Part shown: positions 10,616-21,555 of the stretch, piece by piece
How the letters are laid out: each line of letters opens with the position of its first letter
How positions within the stretch are numbered: position 1 is the stretch's first letter
Assembly: GCA_964536895.1 (NCBI GenBank)
Contig: CAZIAI010000005.1
Coordinates: forward strand, 704-64,703
Source: an uncultured Clavibacter sp.
Lineage (GTDB): Bacteria; Actinomycetota; Actinomycetes; Nanopelagicales; Nanopelagicaceae
Direction of reading: 5' to 3'
DNA length: 64,000 bases
The notes under the pieces: generated by a model
The model's input: the letters and a program-made list of their open reading frames with translations, nothing else
Database searches by the model: none
What the model was told of the DNA's origin: nothing
Made by a program: the position numbers and the translations under genes

Positions 10616-11425
10616 TTAATTTCTTGCAGCCGAGACGGCATACATGACAACAGATGCTGCCGTAGCTAAATTCAAGCTTTCAACCTTTTCCGATATCGGA
10701 ATAGAGACCAAGGTAGCCCCTTTGGATTGGAGTACCTCTTGGGGTACCCCACGAGCTTCATTTCCAAAGATCCAAATACTGTTTACGCCACTGGACTGCT
10801 TTGCTGCCTCCTTGATCTGAAGGTCGGCATCTGCCTGCGTGACAAAAACTTTGAAGGAATTAATTTTCGCGAATTCGATAAGTTGCTCTATTGAAATCTC
10901 CTGACCAATTGGAACATTCCACATTGAGCCAGCACTGGACCTAACTACTTTGGGACCATAAACATCAACGCTGTTGTCAGAGAACAAAACAGCATCAAAC
11001 TCAAAAGCATCGGCGGCGCGGATTGCAGTACCGGCATTTCCCGGATCTTGAATTTGCCAAAAATATGCCAGTTGTAATCCAGATTTTTTGGAGTTCTTCG
11101 TGAACCATTGGCTTAATTCAAACTCTGGTATCCGAGCCACCACCAGTAATCCCTGCGGGGTGACTGTGTCAGTCATAACCTTCATTACTTCTGGGGAAAC
11201 CTCCAACAGATCTACCCCGATAATCTCGGAATCATCAAGTTTGGATAGCCCCTCTTGGGTGTAAAAAAGTTTTTCTATGGTGGATTTACTAGCTCGCAGC
11301 GCAGACTTAATGTTCTGCACACTTTCGATTACGTAACTACCTGATTCCCTACGAGCTTTTGCACCTCTAGAACCTAAGAGAGCCTTCACCGTCTCAACAT
11401 GAGACGAATGAAGGCTCGTAATCAT
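10616..11425 (-). CDS. TrmH/SpoU-family RNA 2'-O-methyltransferase
   Basis: SpoU motifs DPGNAGTAIRAADAF, IFGNEARGV and ESLNLATAASVVMY. It occupies the tsnR-like position between pheS and rplT, as in other actinobacteria. Confidence 0.85.
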   Translation of the reverse strand: MITSLHSSHVETVKALLGSRGAKARRESGSYVIESVQNIKSALRASKSTIEKLFYTQEGLSKLDDSEIIGVDLLEVSPEVMKVMTDTVTPQGLLVVARIPEFELSQWFTKNSKKSGLQLAYFWQIQDPGNAGTAIRAADAFEFDAVLFSDNSVDVYGPKVVRSSAGSMWNVPIGQEISIEQLIEFAKINSFKVFVTQADADLQIKEAAKQSSGVNSIWIFGNEARGVPQEVLQSKGATLVSIPISEKVESLNLATAASVVMYAVSAARN

Positions 11426-11439
11426 CGAAAGCTCGATAC

Positions 11440-11802
11440 TTAGGAAACTTTTACGTTCTTGCGTGCTACCTCAACCAAAGCTGTGAAAGCGGCGGGATCA
11501 TTTGTTGCCAGATCTGAAAGCAATCTGCGATCAACTTCGATACCTGCGGCCTTTAAGCCCTGGATAAAACGGTTGTATGTCATGCCATTCTCACGGCTTG
11601 CCGCGTTGATACGAGTGATCCAAAGCTGACGGAAATCGCCTTTCTTGTCTTTGCGATCATTAAAGGCATAAACCAAAGAGTGGGTAACTTGCTCTTTAGC
11701 CTTTGTGAATAGACGAGAACGCTGGCCGCGATATCCGCTGGCGCGCTCAAGGGTTGTGCGACGTTTCTTCGCCGCATGAACTCCACGTTTTACTCTAGCC
11801 AT
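11440..11802 (-). CDS. rplT: 50S ribosomal protein L20
   Basis: [15 protein letters not shown]..., 120 aa, in the infC-rpmI-rplT order. Confidence 0.97.
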   Translation of the reverse strand: MARVKRGVHAAKKRRTTLERASGYRGQRSRLFTKAKEQVTHSLVYAFNDRKDKKGDFRQLWITRINAASRENGMTYNRFIQGLKAAGIEVDRRLLSDLATNDPAAFTALVEVARKNVKVS

Positions 11803-11813
11803 TTTTTATCCCC

Positions 11814-12011
11814 CTACTTCATTCCAAGCAAACGCTTAGCTGAGAAAGTGTTACGGTCATTTGCGGTCTGATCTTTAGATAGACGGCGAGTTACACGTGA
11901 AGATTTGCGCTCAAGGAGGTGACGCTTGCCAGCGCGCTCATGCACGATCTTTCCGCTTCCGGTGACGCGAAATGTCTTCTTCGCTCCACTATGTGTTTTC
12001 ATTTTTGGCAT
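11814..12011 (-). CDS. rpmI: 50S ribosomal protein L35
   Basis: [21 protein letters not shown]..., 65 aa. Confidence 0.97.
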   Translation of the reverse strand: MPKMKTHSGAKKTFRVTGSGKIVHERAGKRHLLERKSSRVTRRLSKDQTANDRNTFSAKRLLGMK

Positions 12012-12034
12012 TTTTTCCTCCGTTTGATCCTTGA

Positions 12035-12613
12035 TTAATTCTCTTCACTCTTGGATTTGGCGGCACGCGCACGCTTCGCCTCAGCCAATGCTTCGCTCTT
12101 CTTCTTGACCGGTCCGAGCACCATAGTCATGCTTCGACCCTCTCGCTTAGGAGCAAATTCAACAAATCCAATCGCTGCCACATCTTCTGCAAGACGTTGC
12201 AACAATCGGAAACCTAACTCTGGCCTAGTTTGTTCACGGCCCTTGAACTGAACAGTTACCTTCACCTTGTCGCCACCCAAAAGAAATTTTTCAATATGGT
12301 TTCTCTTAGTTTCGTAATCATGATTCTCAATCTTTAGACCCATTCGAATCTCCTTCACCACGATGTGGGTCTGGTTTTGACGGGCTTCGCGTGCTTTCTG
12401 TGCGATTTCGTATTTGTACTTTCCGAAATCCATAATCTTGCAAACTGGTGGGTTAGCTTCTGGAGCAATCTCGACTAGGTCAAGACCGTACTCATCTGCC
12501 ATACGCAGGGCTTCGTCGATTGCAACGACCCCAACCTGCTCACCAGATGCACCAATTAGACGAACTTCAGATACGCGAATTCGATCATTGATACGTGGTT
12601 CTGCGGTGCTGAT
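12035..12613 (-). CDS. infC: translation initiation factor IF-3
   Basis: [24 protein letters not shown] ... [13 protein letters not shown] ... [17 protein letters not shown]. My preferred start is ATC 12613..12611, which has AAGGA 6 nt upstream. The track start is TTG 12628. There is no ATG or GTG candidate. Confidence 0.93.
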   Translation of the reverse strand: MSTAEPRINDRIRVSEVRLIGASGEQVGVVAIDEALRMADEYGLDLVEIAPEANPPVCKIMDFGKYKYEIAQKAREARQNQTHIVVKEIRMGLKIENHDYETKRNHIEKFLLGGDKVKVTVQFKGREQTRPELGFRLLQRLAEDVAAIGFVEFAPKREGRSMTMVLGPVKKKSEALAEAKRARAAKSKSEEN

Positions 12614-12730
12614 AACTCTTCCTTTCAATCTCTTGTGACAAGTTCTTTAGATAAATCCTCTGAACAGGTCGATTCAACAACTACAACAATCGGTTGATTG
12701 CTAAGTTGAGACAAAATGAAGAAAGCCGCG

Positions 12731-12752
12731 CAGAAAAAGGCCATGAGGCCTT
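12731..12752 (-). promoter_or_regulatory. terminator-like hairpin inside the infC 5' leader (possible attenuator)
   Basis: The minus strand reads AAGGCC-UCAU-GGCCUU followed by UUUCUG (GGCCUUUUUCUG). It lies about 125 nt upstream of infC, and no co-directional gene lies upstream for it to terminate. Confidence 0.4.
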
Positions 12753-12911
12753 GAAATCTTGACCAGCTCGCATTAGAACGAGGTAGGTGGGAGCGGCTAG
12801 CTCCACTTCATCTTGGTCTTGCGACCAGGGCTCAAAGATACCCCTCTCTGGCATCGGCAGCAAAATCATCCTCAAAGTGCGCTGCTCGGGCGCTCCACTT
12901 AGGCTCATCCC

Positions 12912-13211
12912 ATGAAAAGCGCCAAACTCTGGAACCGTAAAAAAGTGACAGGTTCTGAGTTCCAAAGCGTCACCCAGGTTGGCTCCGCGCTTTCTGATGA
13001 TCTTCCCGGTCGCCAACGTAAGTACTTTATTTCCATGATGCTGCGCACCGCTTGTTTCCTTTTGGCGGTTTTCACGCCGAGTCCCTATCGCTGGTTTTTT
13101 CTCGTGGGAGCTGTTGTGTTGCCCTACGTCTCTGTGATCGTTGCAAATGGAGGGCGGGAAACTATTCGCGGACAGGCGCGAATCTTGAATACGCGGCGCG
13201 AGATCGAATAA
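12912..13211 (+). CDS. DUF3099-like small membrane protein
   Basis: GRQRKYFISMMLRTACFLLAVF...FLVGAVVLPYVSVIVANGGRE matches my recollection of the actinobacterial DUF3099 signature (two TM helices). The start is uncertain (ATG 12912 or GTG 12945). Confidence 0.7.
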   Translation: MKSAKLWNRKKVTGSEFQSVTQVGSALSDDLPGRQRKYFISMMLRTACFLLAVFTPSPYRWFFLVGAVVLPYVSVIVANGGRETIRGQARILNTRREIE

Positions 13212-13246
13212 TTCGGATTCTCAGATTTCCCGGTTAGTTTAAAGCC

Positions 13247-13963
13247 ATGCAAAAAATCCTAGGAGCCACCCTTCTCGGAATCCTTCTAATCTACGCATGC
13301 ATACAAGGTGCCCTTTGGCAATATGACCGACATGAAACTAGGCATGCAAAAAACGAATTGATTAGGCAAAATGTTTCTCTGCCTACAATCTCTGAAACAC
13401 AATTACAAACCCTGTCAAAAAGCGAAGTAGCCTGGAGAAAGATTTCACTTTCTGGAAACTTTGTCCCCGAAAAGGAAATTCTGGTCAGAAATCGTTATCA
13501 CGAAGGTAATTATGGCTTTGGTGTAGTCACTCTTTTTAATTCCGAATCTGGGAAGAGTTACTGGGTTGATCGAGGCTGGGTGATTGCCGGCAAAGATGCT
13601 CAAACCGCCCCAGAAGTAGTTCCAACTGATAGCTCACCAATAAGTATTGAAGCTAGAGTAAGAGTCGAAGGAATTGAATCCCAGGTGCAAGGAAGTGTCT
13701 TTGCAGTTCCTGGAAACTCCGGGCAACAAAAGTTGCAAAAATGGAACTCCGACCAGTCGGTGAATACAGAGCAGGTCTATCTGGATTTGGTATCTGCTAG
13801 CAATGCAAGGATTACTCCTGAGGTCCCAACAGCGTTGCCAATCATCGGAGATGGACCACACCTGGCCTATTCCCTGCAATGGATAATCTTTGCCCTGTTG
13901 GTTGTTTTGGCTTGGGTTTTAGTAATTAGAGAGGAAAGACGCTCTCAAGCTGAAAAACTCTGA
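13247..13963 (+). CDS. SURF1-family protein (cytochrome oxidase assembly)
   Basis: N- and C-terminal TM helices, WQYDRHETRHAKNELI and VDRGWV motifs typical of SURF1/Shy1. Confidence 0.8.
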   Translation: MQKILGATLLGILLIYACIQGALWQYDRHETRHAKNELIRQNVSLPTISETQLQTLSKSEVAWRKISLSGNFVPEKEILVRNRYHEGNYGFGVVTLFNSESGKSYWVDRGWVIAGKDAQTAPEVVPTDSSPISIEARVRVEGIESQVQGSVFAVPGNSGQQKLQKWNSDQSVNTEQVYLDLVSASNARITPEVPTALPIIGDGPHLAYSLQWIIFALLVVLAWVLVIREERRSQAEKL

Positions 13964-15807
13964 CGTTGATACAAATCAGCGTAAATTCCATTTAATGCCA
14001 AGAGTTCATCATGTCTACCACGTTCTCTTATCTGACCATCATCTAGGACCAAGATTTGATCTGCAGCGCGCACGGTAGACAATCTATGTGCAATCACAAT
14101 GCTAGTTCTGCCACGAAGTGCGCTAGCTAAAGCTTCTTGGACCAACGCTTCATTCTCCGAGTCCAAATGCGCTGTTGCTTCATCTAGAACAACAATTCGG
14201 GGTGCCTTTAACAAGAGCCGGGCAATAGCTAGCCGTTGTTTTTCTCCTCCCGACAATCTATGACCCCGCTCTCCTACAACCGTTTCAAATCCATTTGGTA
14301 ATGATGCAATTAAGTCCCAGATTTGCGCAGCTTCGCAGGCTCTTTGCATCTCTTCTTCAGTGGCATTCGGTTTGGCATACCTTAGATTCGCAGCAATTGA
14401 ATCATGGAACATGTGTGCATCTTGTGTAACGATTCCTATTGAATTGCGCAGAGACTGCAAAGAGAGATCTCTTAAATCAACACCATTTATCTTTATTGCA
14501 CCTTCCGTTACATCATAAAGTCGGGCCAATAAGGCGCTAAGAGTGGTCTTTCCTGCCCCTGAGGAACCTACAAGTGCTGTCATGCTTCCAGCCGGAACAG
14601 CAAAGGTGACGCCTTTTATGATCTCTCCGCTTCCCACCATTTCAGCCTTTGCTGCCGACTCTAATGATGCAAGTGAAATCTCATCAGCTTTTGGAAAGGT
14701 GAAGTGCACATTTTCAAAATTGATGCTCAAATCAGTATTTGCCAGACTCTTTGCATCCGGCTTGTCTTTAACCATTGGTATCAAATCAAGCACTTCAAAA
14801 ACCCGTTCAAAGGAGACCAGGGCTGTCATAACATCAACTCTTACATTTGAAAGTGCGGTCAGAGGCCCATACAAACGGGCCAACAAAGCGGTTATTGCCA
14901 GCAAGGTACCCAGTGAAATGCTCTTATCTATCGCTAGGTTTCCTCCAACGCCATAAGCAAAAGCGGTGGCAACAGCGGCGACTGAGGTCAATGCGATAAA
15001 AAACATGCGGTTCAAAAGGGCGATAGAAACACCGATATCAGCCACTCTCCTTGCGCGGGAGGAGAAGTACTCCTTCTCAGCAGCAAGATCTCCGTAAAGA
15101 GAGACCAATAAGGCTCCTGAAACATTGAATCGCTCAGTCATCGTTGCAGACATCTCAGCATTAAGACCAAATGAATCTCGGGTGAGTTTCTGGAGTCGCT
15201 TTCCTACCCATTTAGTTGGAATCAAAAAGAGCGGCAACAGCACTAAGGAGACAATTGTGATTTGCCAAGAAAGGATCAACATCGTCACAACCACAAGAGT
15301 GAGTGTTAGAACATTACTGACTAGACCTGAAAGGGTGGTCGTGAAGGCCTGCTGCGCCCCGATGACATCTGAGTTAATTCGAGAAATTAAGGCGCCGGTC
15401 TGTGTCCGCGTGAAGAATGCGATTGATTGTTTTTGGATATGAGAGAAAACCTGGGTACGTAGGTCATAAATCAAGCCTTCGCCGATACGGGCTGAATACC
15501 ATCTGCCAATCATGCTTATAAGGGCATCTGCCAAAGCTATCGCGCCAACTAAGAATGCCAGCTGTGTTACCAAGTTGGAGTTTCCAGGGATAACTCCATC
15601 ATCAATCAATCGTTTTAAAAGTAAGGGTGTTGCAACCACCAACAAAGCATCAATGACAACGGTCACCAAGAAGATAAGTAGATTCTTTTTATAAGGCAGA
15701 GCATACGAAGCAATTCGCTTGGCGGTTCCTGGCTTTAACTTCTGATCCTTAACTGATTGATCTTGAGTTAAGGAGCGGAAGGACATCCACATCGCCTGCT
15801 GAGACAT
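13945..15807 (-). CDS. ABC exporter, fused permease/ATPase (MsbA/MdlB-like)
   Basis: 620 aa: six-TM N-domain, Walker A GSSGAGKTT, signature LSGGEKQR, Walker B VVLDEATAHLD. Confidence 0.9.
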   Translation of the reverse strand: MSQQAMWMSFRSLTQDQSVKDQKLKPGTAKRIASYALPYKKNLLIFLVTVVIDALLVVATPLLLKRLIDDGVIPGNSNLVTQLAFLVGAIALADALISMIGRWYSARIGEGLIYDLRTQVFSHIQKQSIAFFTRTQTGALISRINSDVIGAQQAFTTTLSGLVSNVLTLTLVVVTMLILSWQITIVSLVLLPLFLIPTKWVGKRLQKLTRDSFGLNAEMSATMTERFNVSGALLVSLYGDLAAEKEYFSSRARRVADIGVSIALLNRMFFIALTSVAAVATAFAYGVGGNLAIDKSISLGTLLAITALLARLYGPLTALSNVRVDVMTALVSFERVFEVLDLIPMVKDKPDAKSLANTDLSINFENVHFTFPKADEISLASLESAAKAEMVGSGEIIKGVTFAVPAGSMTALVGSSGAGKTTLSALLARLYDVTEGAIKINGVDLRDLSLQSLRNSIGIVTQDAHMFHDSIAANLRYAKPNATEEEMQRACEAAQIWDLIASLPNGFETVVGERGHRLSGGEKQRLAIARLLLKAPRIVVLDEATAHLDSENEALVQEALASALRGRTSIVIAHRLSTVRAADQILVLDDGQIRERGRHDELLALNGIYADLYQRQSFSA

Positions 15808-15895
15808 GCAGTTACCTTAGAGCCAAAAGAAGAAAAACTACATTCACCTCGGATGCTGTCATCCAGATAAGAGGGGGCCGAGAGAGAGTGCTGAA

Positions 15896-16207
15896 CTAGA
15901 CGGTGAAGCCAATAGCCCGCAATTGTTCGCGGCCATCATCGGTAATCTTGTCTGGACCCCAAGGTGGCATCCAAACCCAGTTGATTTTTACATCAGAGAC
16001 TAAATCTTGTAGAACAGAACGGGTTTGATCCTCAATAACATCCTGCAAAGGACAAGCCGCAGAGGTCAAGGTCATATCGAGCACTGCGACATTTGAATCA
16101 TCAATCGACACATCGTAAATCAAACCAAGATCGACGACGTTAATGCCTAACTCCGGATCGATGACATCCTTCATTGCCTCAGTTACATCATCTAGTGTCG
16201 CTGACAT
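15896..16207 (-). CDS. sufT: DUF59 / SufT-like Fe-S assembly protein
   Basis: 103 aa with VIDPELGINVVDLGLIY and TLTSAACPL motifs. It is the last gene of the suf cluster. Confidence 0.85.
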   Translation of the reverse strand: MSATLDDVTEAMKDVIDPELGINVVDLGLIYDVSIDDSNVAVLDMTLTSAACPLQDVIEDQTRSVLQDLVSDVKINWVWMPPWGPDKITDDGREQLRAIGFTV

Positions 16208-16270
16208 TCTGACTCCCTTGCTCGTTGCTTTCGTTCGTTGCTACATAACCCTATAACCAAAATACTTAAT

Positions 16271-17976
<1,706 letters not shown>

Positions 17977-18729
17977 TTACGCCTTAACGTATTGTGCGTA
18001 ACCCTTTTCCTCTAGTCGTTCGGCTAGTTCTGGACCACCCTCTTCTACAATCTTGCCTCCGGCAAATACATGCACGAAATCTGGCTTTATGTAGCGCAGG
18101 ATTCTGGTGTAGTGAGTAATTAACATAATTCCAAGGTTCTGTTCGCCTTTAACGCGATTTACACCTTCAGAGACAATGCGTAGCGCATCCACATCAAGAC
18201 CTGAATCAGTTTCATCCAAGATAGCGATCTTGGGCTTCAAAAGCTCCATTTGAAGAATTTCATGGCGCTTCTTTTCTCCACCAGAGAAACCTTCATTCAC
18301 GTTGCGTTCAGAGAATGATGGATCCATAGAAAGCTTTGACATCGCCTCTTTGACCTCACCAACCCAGGTGCGCACTTTTGGCGCTTCGCCTCGGAGTGCG
18401 GTTGCTGCCGTGCGCAAGAAATTAGCAACAGAGACTCCAGGAACCTCAACTGGATATTGCATAGCTAGAAAGAGACCAGCTTTGGCTCTTTCATCAACGC
18501 TCATCTCTAGAACATCAACACCATCAAGAGTTACTGAACCTCCTGTGATTGTGTATTTGGGGTGACCAGCAATGGAATATGCCAGAGTCGACTTACCGGA
18601 ACCGTTTGGCCCCATGATTGCATGAACTTCGCCAGAGTTAATAGTTAGATCGACGCCGCGAAGGATTGGGGTCAAGCCGGCTTCTGTCTCTACTCCGACC
18701 TGCAAGTCCTTAATGACTAGTTGTGACAT
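17977..18729 (-). CDS. sufC: Fe-S cluster assembly ATPase SufC
   Basis: MSQLVIKDLQV..., GPNGSGKST, FSGGEKKR. ATG 18729 is preceded by AAGGAG. The longer track ORF (to 18798) would overlap the Rieske gene. Confidence 0.95.
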   Translation of the reverse strand: MSQLVIKDLQVGVETEAGLTPILRGVDLTINSGEVHAIMGPNGSGKSTLAYSIAGHPKYTITGGSVTLDGVDVLEMSVDERAKAGLFLAMQYPVEVPGVSVANFLRTAATALRGEAPKVRTWVGEVKEAMSKLSMDPSFSERNVNEGFSGGEKKRHEILQMELLKPKIAILDETDSGLDVDALRIVSEGVNRVKGEQNLGIMLITHYTRILRYIKPDFVHVFAGGKIVEEGGPELAERLEEKGYAQYVKA

Positions 18730-18751
18730 TCTTGTTATCTCCTTGACGTCT

Positions 18752-19057
18752 TTATTTCTGGGATATCGTGACGGTATCTCCATCACGAAGTACTTCAAAA
18801 GTTTCTAGCGCCTCAACCGCCGGTGGGGTTTTGGCTTCTCCGGTACGCAAATCAAACTCTGCGCCATGTAACCAGCACTCGATTTTGTAGTTCGAGATAT
18901 CACCCTCAGACAAAGATGCTTCAGCATGTGAACACATATCTGCAACTGCAAATACCTCTTCGCCAATTCGAGCTACACAAACATCCTTGTCGCCAAGGGA
19001 GATTTTTTGTGGCTTTCCATCAACCAAGGTTTTAAAATCGATTTGGGTTGAACTCAT
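18752..19057 (-). CDS. Rieske [2Fe-2S] ferredoxin-like protein
   Basis: 101 aa with CSH ... CWLHG Rieske ligand motifs, embedded between sufD and sufC. Confidence 0.85.
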   Translation of the reverse strand: MSSTQIDFKTLVDGKPQKISLGDKDVCVARIGEEVFAVADMCSHAEASLSEGDISNYKIECWLHGAEFDLRTGEAKTPPAVEALETFEVLRDGDTVTISQK

Positions 19058-20143
19058 TTACGCACCAACTTTCTCAAGCTGGCTATCAATTCTGGACATG
19101 AGACGCTCTTCAATAACTTCATTACCAATTTTGTTAATGATTTCGGTAAAAAAGCCGCGAATGACCAGACGTCGCGCATCTGCCATAGGGATTCCGCGGG
19201 ACATCAAATAGAACAGTTGCTCATCATCAAATCGACCAGTTGTGCTGGCATGGCCGGCACCGACAATCTCGCCTGTTTCAATCTCAAGATTGGGGACTGA
19301 ATCTGCTCTTGCGCCATCGGTAAGCAAGAGGTTCTTATTCAATTCATAGGTATCTGTGCCTTCGGCATTTCCACGAATGAAGACATCGCCAATCCAAACT
19401 GTGCGAGCTTGATCTCCGGCAAGTACTCCTTTGTAGGTAACCCGTGATTTGGCATTTGGAATTCCATGATCTACATGGACTCGGTGCTCTAGATGCTGAC
19501 CATCAGTTGCAAAGTACAGCCCTAGTAGCTCGGCGCTTCCACCTTGATCTGAGTACTCAACTGTTGGCAAGAGCCTTACCAGCGAACCACCAACGGTTAC
19601 CGTGATTGAGTTGAATGTTGCATCTCTGCCGACAATTGCGTGATGTCGACCAAGATGAACTGTTTCCGAACTCCACTCTTGAAGTGTGATGAAGGTTAAC
19701 TGCGCACCAGATTCGATACGAAGTTCAATCTCCTCGCCAATCGTGGCGGTTCCGGAGTTTTCAACAATTACAGTGGCTTTGCTGTGTGGGGCTGCGGTGA
19801 TGACTGTGCGGGAAAACTCGCTGCCACTTCCCACATTTCTGGTCAAAATGATTGGTTCATCTACAACCGCCTCTTTGGCGATTTGTAGATGGGTTACCTC
19901 AGAAACACTGGCACGTACCCTTTGAATTACCGCATCTTCGGTGCTGGATTTGGCTGGCAAATCAGCTGACTTCACTTTGTCGATAGTAAAGCCAGTGCGC
20001 ACTCCGCCTGAGAGTGAGATAGAGATGCGATCTGCAACGTTAGTAGCAGGATCATGAAGACCGGCAATCCGCTTTAGCGGAGTGAAGCGCCATGCCTCTT
20101 CTCTGCCTGTGGGAGTCAAATAATTTGTAGGTAGCGCAGACAT
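19058..20143 (-). CDS. sufD: Fe-S cluster assembly protein SufD
   Basis: 361 aa with the SufBD beta-helix C-terminus ([24 protein letters not shown]). It follows sufB. Confidence 0.92.
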   Translation of the reverse strand: MSALPTNYLTPTGREEAWRFTPLKRIAGLHDPATNVADRISISLSGGVRTGFTIDKVKSADLPAKSSTEDAVIQRVRASVSEVTHLQIAKEAVVDEPIILTRNVGSGSEFSRTVITAAPHSKATVIVENSGTATIGEEIELRIESGAQLTFITLQEWSSETVHLGRHHAIVGRDATFNSITVTVGGSLVRLLPTVEYSDQGGSAELLGLYFATDGQHLEHRVHVDHGIPNAKSRVTYKGVLAGDQARTVWIGDVFIRGNAEGTDTYELNKNLLLTDGARADSVPNLEIETGEIVGAGHASTTGRFDDEQLFYLMSRGIPMADARRLVIRGFFTEIINKIGNEVIEERLMSRIDSQLEKVGA

Positions 20144-21555
20144 TAACCAACCGCACCTTCCATTTGAAGTTCGATAAGTCGATTTAGCTCGAGGGCGTAC
20201 TCCATTGGAAGTTCACGTGCGATTGGCTCAATAAAGCCACGAACAATCATCGCCATAGCTTCATCTTCAGATAGACCACGTGACATTAGATAAAACAGCT
20301 GGTCATCACTGATTTTGGAGACAGTTGCTTCGTGACCCATAGAGACATCATCTTCACGTACATCAACATATGGATAGGTATCGGAGCGAGAGATGGTGTC
20401 CACCAATAACGCATCACACTTAACTGTGCTCTTGGAGTGGTGTGCACCTTCTTGAACTTGCACTAGGCCGCGATATGAAGTTCTTCCGCCACCACGTGCA
20501 ACTGATTTGGAAATAATGGTCGAGGAGGTATGCGGGGCGGCATGAACCATTTTGGCGCCAGCATCTTGATGCTGGCCTTCGCCCGCAAACGCGATTGAAA
20601 GGGTCTCGCCCTTTGAGTGCGGCCCCATCATAAATACCGCCGGATACTTCATGGTTACTTTGGATCCAATGTTTCCATCAATCCACTCCATGGTTGCACC
20701 TTCGGCACATGTCGCACGCTTTGTCACCAGGTTGTAAACATTGTTAGACCAGTTCTGAATTGTGGTGTAACGGACTCGTGCATTTTTGCGAACGATGATT
20801 TCTACTACTGCGGAGTGCAATGAATCTGAAGAATAAATTGGCGCAGTGCATCCTTCAACGTAATGAACGTATGAACCTTCATCAGCGATGATGAGTGTTC
20901 TTTCAAACTGACCCATATTCTCAGTGTTGATTCGGAAGTAAGCCTGAAGCGGAATCTCTACGTGGACACCCTTTGGCACATATACAAATGAGCCACCGGA
21001 CCAGACCGCAGTATTTAGCGCGGCAAACTTGTTGTCCCCAACTGGGATTACAGAACCAAAAAACTCTTTGAAGATATCCTCATGTTCGCGCAGCGCGGTA
21101 TCGGTATCAAGAAATAGCACGCCTTGCTTCTCAAGATCCTCGCGGATTGAGTGATAAACAACCTCAGATTCATACTGAGCGGCCACACCAGCTACTAGGC
21201 GTTGTTTTTCAGCCTCTGGAATGCCTAAGCGGTCATATGTGTTTTTGATGTCCTCGGGAAGCTCTTCCCATGAAGTCGCTTGCTTCTCGGTGGAACGTAC
21301 GAAGTACTTAATGGAATCAAACTTGATGCCAGACAAATCAGAGCCCCAGTTTGGCAATGGCTTCTTGTCAAACAAAGACAATCCCTTAAGGCGTAGATCA
21401 AGCATCCACTGTGGCTCATTTTTCTTAGCTGAAATATCTCTAACGACTTCCTCGCTAAGACCACGCTTTACATCGGCTCCAGCTACATCCTTATCGGACC
21501 AGCCGTACTCGTACTTACCAATGCCTTCAAGCTCTGGATGGGCGGTTTGACTCAT
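20143..21555 (-). CDS. sufB: Fe-S cluster assembly protein SufB
   Basis: 470 aa with highly conserved SufB motifs ([36 protein letters not shown]). No intein is present. Confidence 0.96.
   Translation of the reverse strand: MSQTAHPELEGIGKYEYGWSDKDVAGADVKRGLSEEVVRDISAKKNEPQWMLDLRLKGLSLFDKKPLPNWGSDLSGIKFDSIKYFVRSTEKQATSWEELPEDIKNTYDRLGIPEAEKQRLVAGVAAQYESEVVYHSIREDLEKQGVLFLDTDTALREHEDIFKEFFGSVIPVGDNKFAALNTAVWSGGSFVYVPKGVHVEIPLQAYFRINTENMGQFERTLIIADEGSYVHYVEGCTAPIYSSDSLHSAVVEIIVRKNARVRYTTIQNWSNNVYNLVTKRATCAEGATMEWIDGNIGSKVTMKYPAVFMMGPHSKGETLSIAFAGEGQHQDAGAKMVHAAPHTSSTIISKSVARGGGRTSYRGLVQVQEGAHHSKSTVKCDALLVDTISRSDTYPYVDVREDDVSMGHEATVSKISDDQLFYLMSRGLSEDEAMAMIVRGFIEPIARELPMEYALELNRLIELQMEGAVG

Noticed and set aside
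12716-12754. Plus-strand 12-codon sORF MKKAAQKKAMRP, upstream of the DUF3099 gene.
   Set aside because: It is very short, has no convincing SD, and is simply the complement of the hairpin and U-tract region. It is most likely chance.
12681-13016. 111-aa minus-strand ORF in the infC upstream region.
   Set aside because: It overlaps the DUF3099 gene on the opposite strand and has no family resemblance (I looked for the DUF1844-type protein that precedes infC in Streptomyces). The region is better explained as structured non-coding leader plus the short uORF reported separately.
16222-16242. A direct repeat TCGTTGCT, two copies 13 nt apart, in the sufU-sufT spacer.
   Set aside because: It has only two 8-nt copies and no palindromic or phased structure, which is within chance expectation for a short spacer.
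18730-18798. N-terminal extensions offered by the ORF track: sufC to 18798, gltD to 55441, pgi from 26442, ctaA from 22190, argR to 2932.
   Set aside because: Each extension overlaps the upstream gene, lacks an SD, and adds non-conserved residues. The internal starts have good SDs (AAGGAG, GGAGGTG, GAGGAG) or the ATGA coupling motif.
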